Positions 1 to 9,166 of a stretch of 39,354 bases of DNA are shown one piece after another. Position 1 is the stretch's first letter. Every line of letters begins with the position of its first letter. Both the position numbers and the translations under genes were made by a program. The stretch covers positions 2,593,434-2,632,787 of the forward strand of contig NW_003526944.1 in assembly GCF_000181795.1 (NCBI RefSeq). The letters are read 5' to 3'. This DNA is from Trichinella spiralis (taxonomy: Eukaryota). The notes under the pieces are model-generated. The model worked only from the letters and a program-made list of their open reading frames with translations. It ran no database searches and was not told the origin of the DNA.

Positions 1-667
1 GAAATAGAAGAAGAAGAAGACGATAATGATGATGATGATGAATATATGAAATTAATAAATAAACAAAAATAAAATTGCCAAACGGTCTCCTTTTTCACCA
101 CCAACAAACCGACCAGTGCAACTTTTATTATACTATTTATTGCCAGCAGCAGCAGCGGCGGCAATGGCGGCAACAGCAGCAAGCAAACACCACACGCTTA
201 CACCACAGACGACAGCAACAACGGCACAACGCCCTCTTCTTTTTCTTCCTCCTTTTCATCCCCAAGCCGGGCAGACCAATCAAAATTGCCCAATGGCCAA
301 CAAGTTGCCGTTAACCAGCCGTTTTGAACGATTACCGTCAGTTGGCAACTGACTGACACACTCAGACGCAATGTCAAAATTCAAATTTTTTTTAACAAAA
401 CCGATCCGACGGATTGGTCAGCAGCAGGTGGAATTGGAAAACAAAAAAAATTTACATAACAACTGGTCAATGTCAACAATTCGTTTCAATGGCGACGACT
501 TTCTTTGCTTTTTTCTTTCATCCCCTCCTCGGTTACCGCTCAAACTCGGTTGGTTGACAGGAAATTTCAATCAACCGTCGAAAAAGAAATTCAACTTTGA
601 ATGCTAATTACGACAGCTTTCAAGGGTCAATTTTAAATTTCAATGACAAACTCGTCAAGGAGAACCG

Positions 668-698
<31 letters not shown>
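668..698. repeat. (ACA)n microsatellite, ~10 units
   Basis: acaacaacaacaacaacaacaacaacaacaa read directly. Confidence 0.9.
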
Positions 699-699
<1 letters not shown>

Positions 700-788
700 A
701 TCCTGTAGTAATAATTTTAAAGAAAACAAAAAATCACATCCCATTACAGCATTGTTGATAATAAAATTTAAATAAATTCAATTCTTAC

Positions 789-1089
789 CGGAATTTGTTG
801 GCGAATGAAATTTGAAACGATTAGAGACTTTTTCTTCGTAACAGACAGGAGTGAGTGAAGTTGAAGCAGTGGCAAAAGTGGAGCCAGGGGTGGAGGTAAA
901 AGCTAAATTGCCACTACTGCCGCTGCTGCTGCTGCTGCTTTTCAGAAAATGACGGGATGACGATGGATGAAAGCGACGAAGCAAGAAAATACCGCCGGCG
1001 TTGGTTGTCGGATTAGCTTTCGTTGGGACCACTTTTCCACCGTCACAATGAGGCATACAACTGGTTGTTTTTCTAGCCTGCCTCGCATC
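789..1089 (-). CDS. Possible internal or first coding exon (Ser/Thr-rich, low complexity) of an unidentified gene running off the left edge
   Basis: Open frame DARQARKTT...SPTNSG, bounded on the minus strand by acceptor ttgcag| (AG at 1091-1090) and donor |gtaaga (GT at 788-787). No recognisable domain. Confidence 0.35.
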
Positions 1090-3137
1090 CTGCAATCAGG
1101 ACGAAGGCTGTAAAATAATCCGGTTCCCATAAACTACAACTACTAACTATTACGACAGCTGTTGAACAACGCATTCAACAGCACAATCGTAATAAATAAT
1201 AATAAAATTCAAGAAAAACACCTGTTCACTTGCATAACATGCTAATGTTCGACTTTTACATTCCACTACAGCATAGACGGCTGACCGGCATATTACAGTC
1301 GGCGACAGATGTCGACAAGGTGAACTGACATGAATCACATCTGCAAATCTTGCTTATTTGAAGCTATAGAACAAAATAAGCAACTATTTCTGTATTCTGC
1401 ACAAACGAGCAACAATCATCCATTTAACCCTATCATTATATTCATAAAATTCGTCAGAGAAATCAGTTCTGCTATAAATGCTTAGATGTAGAGCTGTTGG
1501 TGAATTTTCTCGATTTCAAAATTGCCAACAACAAATGAAAAGTGATTTTTCTAATCACTTCTAGTCACCAACTTCCCCCACCTCCACCCGTCGCTGCTGT
1601 TCAACCGACCCCACCCACCTTCCCACACTGTTCAGCAGAGAAATTCAACTCTACTCTACTGGAGTTCGATCCGAAATTCTGAATCATCAAAAAATCAAAC
1701 AAATATTAAATCGTTAAATTGAAAAATCAATAATTTTTTTAAAAAAATTAATAAAAATGCCATTCAACATCTCGTACACGAACACACCCGACAGACGCTT
1801 GTCCCACTGCCACGTTCGGCAGATGCAAGACAAACAAAACCCACTCGATCACCTTGAACCATCCTTATTATTACTATTATTATGTTAATTTTGACTCTCT
1901 TATCACAGTTAGTTGATCACCAGCAGCGCAGAAAATAATGGTAAAATTGATTTTTAAAAAAGCAAATATATTTCATATTTTGTAAATTTCAACTTTTAAA
2001 AATTAAAATATCTCATTGGCATTTTTCAAATTATTATTTTACGTTAGAACAATATAAAACACAACATGCTTACGGCATTCATGTAGCCAACCTTCCAATG
2101 ACATCATCCAAACGACTAAATTTGAAATTTGTTCACCAATTGCCCATTTATACGAACATTTCAACTCTGACAAATCAATTCCAACATTTCAATATCAGCA
2201 ATGTGATGAAAAAGAATTCTCTTTTTTTTTCTCTCTCTTTCCACCAACGACACCGCAATACGCTACAGTAAAAAAATTTTTGTTTACAATTTTCGCTGAA
2301 ATAAAAACAAAGTCAAGGTAGCGAGTGATCAAATTGATAAATTAATCAAATCTGATGGAAAGCAAAAAATTTCCATTTTCAATAATTTCAATAAATCAAA
2401 TGTGTATAATCAATTAAACGAAAATACACACTCACAATATACTGTGAAAATCGAACGAACGAGAATATATCAACAGTCGACGTGTGCGATACAATAAGTG
2501 CAATTGTTAGGAAAAAAAATTGAACAGTTAATTTTTTCAAATATTTCTGCTTTTTCTTAACGTGGAAAAATGAAAAATGACGATGAAACAGAAAAATATG
2601 ATTACAATCAAATCTGAACAACGCACGGTCACTTGAACAAAATGTTGCAATTGAACGAAAACTACATGCTAATTTACTCACGACAATCTTCACTCGTTCA
2701 AAGAGTGTTTTGTGCACATTTTACAGTAACTTTTGTTCAAGTACGAGACAATTTGAACAAATTAATTTTTTCAATATTCAAAATTAAAATATTAACAAAT
2801 TTCATGGATATTTTTTCAGTGGCAAAATTTCAAAGTTATGTCAAACATTGAAGACGTACTCAAAATGTTCCATCAACAATCAATTATCATGAAGTGAAAT
2901 TATTGTTCAGTAATTTTTTTAAATATTTCATCACAATTCAATATTAAATCATGCATTTGGAAAAATATTAAACTTTTCACAGATGAGTGCAACAAAAAAA
3001 TCAGATTGCTGCAAATTTTATCCTGTTAAAAATGATAATTTTTATTCACAATCGAAATACAATTTTCAGAATATTAAAAAAAGTAAATACTTACAAAAAA
3101 ATTATCTAGCCGCAAAATAGCGTGAAATCTATCGCAG

Positions 3138-3145
3138 TATAAAAG
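3138..3145 (+). promoter_or_regulatory. Candidate TATA box upstream of the UVRAG-like gene; possibly a divergent promoter
   Basis: TATAAAAG consensus ~370 bp upstream of ATG 3507. A minus-strand GTAAGT donor at 3094-3089 hints at a 5' exon of the leftward gene. Confidence 0.3.
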
Positions 3146-3506
3146 CAACTGTGCGCGATAAATTGGAAAATGTTGAAATTGTCTCATTTTTGATTGGTTA
3201 ATTTTAAATTTGAAAACTTTTTCAATCACCCTTTTCCCGCTTGTTTCGAAAACAATTGTACCTGCATTATGTAAAATACCTTTTTTACTTTTTCCATCAA
3301 TTGATGTAAATTAATACTTGTCATTTGTATTTATTCATTTATTCCTTTAGCATATTTATATTTGAGTAAGATGGAATATTTTTTTGCCGTTTAATTTATT
3401 GAATTGTATTGATAATTTTAGTTATTGGAAACTTGTCTGTTTGTTTGGAACAACGAAGGACAATTTGAATAATTGAATTTTTCTAAAAGCCAGCCAGCTC
3501 TGCTTG

Positions 3507-6108
3507 ATGGTAAAGTCGGAATGCGTACATTCGCCGAAACCGTCATTTACATTTTATGCTTGGAAAAGGTTGATTGTTCTGTTTTTTTTCAATTATTGAA
3601 TATAATAACTTTTATTTCAGATTAAAAACTGTAATTGCTGCTGTGAAACAGACAAATTTAAAAGTTAAGCGACTCAGAGGAGAAGTTGAGGAAAAACTTC
3701 AAGCGCGAAGTTCACTTACTGAACTGGTGAGTTGATTGATGGGTTTTCTATTTTAATTTCTTGTATCATTTTATTCAATATTCAAATTTTCATTTTCCAT
3801 ATTTTTTTTCTCTTATTGATATTCTACTTTTCAAATTTATCAGTTTACCAATCGCTGAGCTTTCATCGATCACGTTACTTTCCAAACAGAATAGAATATC
3901 AATTTTGGTAAAAAATGTTACTTTCAAATTACCGATTCATAATACATTAGGCACTATTTTTATAAAATTGTAAAATTTTACATTTTTCACATGTTACACC
4001 AGGGTAAATGTTAATTATTTAAGTTGGTTATCAATAAATTGTAAACTGTAGCATTGTAATACAGAAAAAGAAAATAAAGTTTGTTCATTTTGAAAAGGAA
4101 AAAAATGCTTTAAGCTTGCCGAAGTTCAGACAAAACAAGCAGATCTAGTGTTGTTGGAGGATTTTTTGAAGAGAGAGAAGAATCGTATGTGCAACAGAAA
4201 TCGGCGTTTGACCGAAGCTAACAAATCTGTAGAGCTTATGGAAAAAGCTTTGACGCGTCTTTCGACAGAAATTGAAAAAGACCGTGCTCTCTATTACGAA
4301 AAAATGCAAGAATACGTTGCTCTTCGGTAAAATTGTTGTTTATTAATTTATTGGTTTTTTTAAGTGTTATTTTTTAAAGTGAACAATTGTTGTGGGTTAA
4401 TGCTCAATTGATGATACGTCGCAAAAATATGACTGGTCAACTTGCAAGCATATTTTATCCTCAACAATCAGTAAATGATATTCTATTCGATGTAATAAAA
4501 AAAAATTTTCATTGAATTTCCAAAAGTATACTTTCAGACGTCCAGTTCAAATTGTACGTGTGAATCAGTTTATCGAATTGCTGGTTTGCACCTTCCGGAT
4601 GCGGAAAATTATCGCAGTCAGTCACAGTTAATTCAATCTGATTGTTGTTGTTGTTGTTATTTATCGTGTTGTTTTGTCCGACTTTTAGAACATTGTTATT
4701 TGGAAATTTCATCCGCTCTTGGTTATGTTGCTTTGTTAATTATTATTCTCAGTTCAATATTCGATGTTCCACTGAGTCACGAAGTGAAATTTGCCGGCTC
4801 TCGTTCGGTTATTTTTGATTTTTCTCTCCAAAATTCCAACAATACCATTCAAACGTATGCAAATGAGCCACTTATTCCAGTTGTTTATTAAATTTTTCTT
4901 TAAATTCAAATTCTTTTCAGATTTCCTTTGTACACTTCTCGTAGTAATAAGATAACGTTCAATTATGGGGTTTTTCTTTTGAACAGGAACATTGCTCAAG
5001 TAAGTTGTAAATTATATTTTTTTCATTGATTTATTTAATTTTTTCTCATTAATATACAGTTTCGACGAAATCTCGGTTTACCGACAGCCGATTTACGTTG
5101 TACATTAGCCAACGTGGCGAATCTATTTGAAAAATTTTCCGGCACACTTTCGTAAGTGGAATCAATGAATGAATGTATTGTAGTAGTAAATATTGGCTTT
5201 TTTCTTGCTTTTCTTGTTCATCGTAAATAGTACGGGTAAAAGAAATCCAATTTTACATTTATGAGTGAAATCAATTATTCTGATGAGATTGTTTGTTTTT
5301 CGCTTTTTATGGACGAGTTGGTGTTCTTTTATTTTTTTAAAGTTAAACGAGCGTACTGTAGATTTTGCATTGGCCCTGCTTGACGACAACTGGTGTTCTG
5401 CTTTTGTTTTGGGTTTCTTTTTTTTTTATGTTTGTCCCATTTGTGATTTTTGTATGTTAACAACAGAGAATCCACGATGATCAATTTTTGCACAATGCCT
5501 GCAGCCTTGTGAAAATCTGTTTGTTGACAACGTTCAAATGACTAATCCAAACCGGCATGCTTTTGCTTATTTTTTTAAATATCTTTTCACGCGCGTGGGA
5601 TGGTAATTTTTTTCCCTTTTATTTGTATTATTTCAAACGAAGTACATTTCACAGTTCAACAACTTTTTCCCTTATTCACTGATGACTGTATTCGATTTTT
5701 ATGTTGATCATTGAGTTGATTTAAATTGATTTTTTTTTTCGAAAACTACTACAAATGGATTTCAGACTTTTCCACCCATTTTGTACAAATTTATTTTTCT
5801 ATTCAATTTTTGTAAACAGTTGATTTATTATTCAATTAAGCGTTCAAATTTTGATTGTTGTCCATTTCAGCGATTCGAATTTGATTAATCGAACAACGCG
5901 GTCGAATTTTCCCTCCTCTTCGACGGTCGAGGTGAGAAGTTTGAATCGTCTGGATAATTTCGAAACGTCGCTCGCATCAACCAGCGATGACGTGCCAATG
6001 ATGGCCAATGACGACCGTAGCACTTCTCTGCCGACCCTACTACCTTTGCTGTCAACCGATTCCGAACGTCATTGTGTAATCCAACGCGGGCGTGGCCAAT
6101 TCAGCTGA
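3507..6108 (+). CDS. UVRAG: UV radiation resistance-associated protein (UVRAG/Vps38-like subunit of class III PI3K complex II)
   Basis: Exons 3507-3568, 3621-3726, 4115-4326, 4380-4470 (or -4491), 4538-4616, 4689-4854, 4921-4999, 5060-5151, 5871-6108, with consistent phases. Peptides RLKTVIAAVKQTNLKVKRLRGEVEEKL, VNAQLMIRRKNMTGQLASIFYP, YRIAGLHLPDAENY, ALGYVALL...VPLSHEVKFAGSRS, FPLY...FNYGVFLLNRNIAQFRRNLGLPTADLRCTLANV match the UVRAG coiled coil and C-terminal BARA2 region as I recall them. Start codon uncertain. Confidence 0.88.
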
Positions 6109-7225
6109 TAGAAGATCATTCGAACAAATCTCAACTGTATATGTATATGTATGTACAGTTGAACAACAATTGCAGAAAATCTGAAAATCGGGATATTTGT
6201 ACATTTGCATTTGCTTATCTACTTTTTCTTTCAACTTGACATCTGACATACAATTGGACAATTTTTATTATTTCAAATGAAATTTATCGTTGCTCTTTTA
6301 TGGTTTTCTGGTCGATGGCAAATTTTCAGGTTCTTTCTTTACGACCACCGGTTCGTATTGGCATAGCTAAAATTATAAGGTAGAAGAGAGGTAGAAAAAA
6401 AAAGGAAATATTTATGAAATGTAATTTTTATATGCAAATCAATGGAGCAAGCACTATTTTGTAAGTATACATCTCGAACGTTACTAATTTGCATTTTAGA
6501 TGGAAGAAGAAAATGCCTTTTTTTCTCTTTTTCTTTGAATATCTTTTTTGAATTAATTCATTTTGATCAAGTTTAAAGAACTTTCCTTGTAAACAGAGCA
6601 AACACACACACACACACAGACAGACAGTCAGTGAAGCGACCAGCCGACTGATTGTTGTGTCGGTTAGTGTTAGTCAGTTGGCCGGCTGGTAATGGCCTTG
6701 TTGTAATAGCAACAGGGCGCGCTTTTTTGTCCCTGCCGGATGGTCGTTCGCCGCTCCCTATTGTCTTTGGACCAATCGTCCGGCCGGACAATGGCGTCAT
6801 AAAAATGTCGTTAAAATTTTTCTTTTTCCAAAATTTCTCCCACACACTGGTCGATTGGCGGCGTTCACTGGTGGTAATTTTCACAATCTGAGGCAGCAGT
6901 GGGACAAGCGTCGGCGTTTTTACAACACTTTTGCCCAATCTCGTCATTCGGGAACCGCCCCTGTACGTTTTAACGACGGTCGCCCTAGTCGACGTCGACG
7001 CCAAGTCTGCCAGGCAGTTCAAGCATTCAGCATGCTATATTAATGCAAGTACAATGACAACAACATGAACTTCCTCCAAAGTCTTCTTCTTACTGTCATT
7101 ACCCAAATGTCACTTGCCTCCCTCTGGTAGTTTTACAAACGACTAGCTTGTCATCCAACTGTTGTTGCTGCTTCACAATATTAATAATCTTCTAGATCTT
7201 CTTCTTCTTCTGCACTGGACCAATC

Positions 7226-8944
7226 ATGTTCGGTCACTCTACTGGCATGCTACGATGGTCATCACTTTTGCTCACCATCGTTGTAATACTTCTCTACAGT
7301 AGATCGACTGATTCTATTCGTTGGCTGTATGATTGCATTTTCTCTATTTCTTTTTTCACAACAATTTCATTTTTAATCAAAATTTTCTAGAGCTTTGGGT
7401 CAGTCGAACAAATTATGGAATCATGCACAACACTGCCCTCGCACTCGTTTCGAACGAAAACGCTACGGTCTTGCTGGTGTACAGGTATGTATATATTGGA
7501 TCCATTCCATTATTATTTTCATAATTATTAAATACAATTTCAGACTAGACTTTGCAAACGTCACGCCGATCTTATGCCGATAATTATGAAATCCGCTTCA
7601 CAAAGTGTCATGGTTTGTCAACAGCAGTTCAAAAATTACCGTTGGAATTGTTCTTCAGTTCGACAAGTGCCCAAACTGCCCCCAGATTTGACCAAAGGTA
7701 AAATACTACCGAAATTATTGTTTTACCAAATATGTATGCAAATTGTGAACAGGTACAAGAGAACAGGCGCTGGTGTACGCGTTGTCAGCCGCGGCTGTTG
7801 CGCACGGTATTGCAAAAGCATGTTCCAGTGGTACAATTGCTTATTGTCCATGCGGCAACGCTGTAAGTGGTGCGAAATTTGACGACTACATTGTAAGTAT
7901 TTCTATTCTTTTTTCCCTTCTATTCAATTATTGGCGTATTTGTTGCTTGTTTAATTTTATAGTATATTTTCTAGCGTAGAGGATGCAGTGACAACGTGCC
8001 GTATGGGCAGAAAGTGAGCAAAGAATGGACAAAGATTAAGAAATTCAAAGCGGCCATGCGGCTTCAGCAGCAGCAACAGCAACAACAACAACAACTACAA
8101 CAGAAGCAACAGCAATTCCAACGAAGTCGTTATCGTAACCGGAAACGAGTGCAATCACAACGTTCGTATCACGATGATATTATGCGGTATATGCGCGAAA
8201 ATAGGAATGTTTATCCTTATTTGCACAAAAAGCCCAAGCGTATCGTTCTAGCACCTAGAGCTAGAATGAATCATCACAACTATCGAGTTGGGAGAAATGT
8301 AGAATATAATTTCTGTTGTTTTGCTCTTCTTACCGACGTTCTTTTCTAGATTATCAATCATATGTTGGAATTGAAATGCAAATGTCACGGGGTATCTGGA
8401 TCGTGCAATTTGAAAACATGTTGGAAAGTTTTACCACCACTGATCCAAATTGGTGAAATGTAATAATAACAATAGAAATAGACTGTTAAGCATCAATTAA
8501 GTTATCATCAGACAATGCTTCTTCAGGTTGAGGAAAAAATACAGCCGAGCGGCCGAGGTACGCTGGTTGAACGGTGGCAATTCGGCTCGTTACAACGTGG
8601 AACCGTACGCCCTTGTTGGTCGGGTTACTGAAGACGATCTCGTTTATATACGCAAATCACCGGATTATTGCACCGAAGATCGACGAGTTGGTTCGATTGG
8701 AACCCAGGGCAGGTGAGTTGTTGTAAATTGTATTTTTGCTCGTTTGAACGAATTTCATCCAAATTTGAGAACATGCAATGCTACCGAACAATCGTCTGCC
8801 GGCTGTGACAGCATGTGCTGCGGGCGTGGACATGAAATTGTCTTCGAATATGTCATATCCAATTGCCGTTGTCGTTACGTGCACTGTTGTTATGTGGAAT
8901 GTGACCGGTGTCGTGAATTGGCCGAAAAGCATGTATGCAAATAG
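7226..8944 (+). CDS. WNT11: Wnt family secreted ligand, Wnt11-like
   Basis: Exons 7226-7326, 7391-7484, 7544-7697, 7753-7892, 7975-8298, 8350-8459, 8527-8712, 8770-8944. Hydrophobic signal peptide then IRWLAL; RWNCSS; DLTKGTRE...YALSAAA (Wnt11-like); [28 protein letters not shown] (lipidation Ser present); LVY...SPDYC...GTQGRTCN; CCGRG; terminal CRC...CCYVEC...CK. Wnt identity is secure; the subfamily is inferred. Confidence 0.93.
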
Positions 8945-9166
8945 AATTCATCCGGTGCAGTGCAGTTATCCGGTATCCATTCTTCGCCATCCATTGAATG
9001 TGGCGCAGTGTTTTTTCGAAATTAAACAACAAAACAAAAATTCAATTTATTCAAGAAAATGCAAAAATCAGCATAAAAATTGTTGTTGTCGTGGTTTTTT
9101 GTTTTCTTCTGGGCGAATTATCTTTTATTATTATTATTATTTCTATACAAGAGATGAGATGTGGTT

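Noticed and set aside
75..607. Short Q-rich or A-rich ORFs on +
   Set aside because: Arise from CAG/GCA repeats, mostly with non-ATG starts; no domain or splice support.
6573..7043. Overlapping ORFs of 62-149 aa upstream of Wnt
   Set aside because: GC-rich promoter/UTR patch with few stops; non-ATG starts; no recognisable protein.
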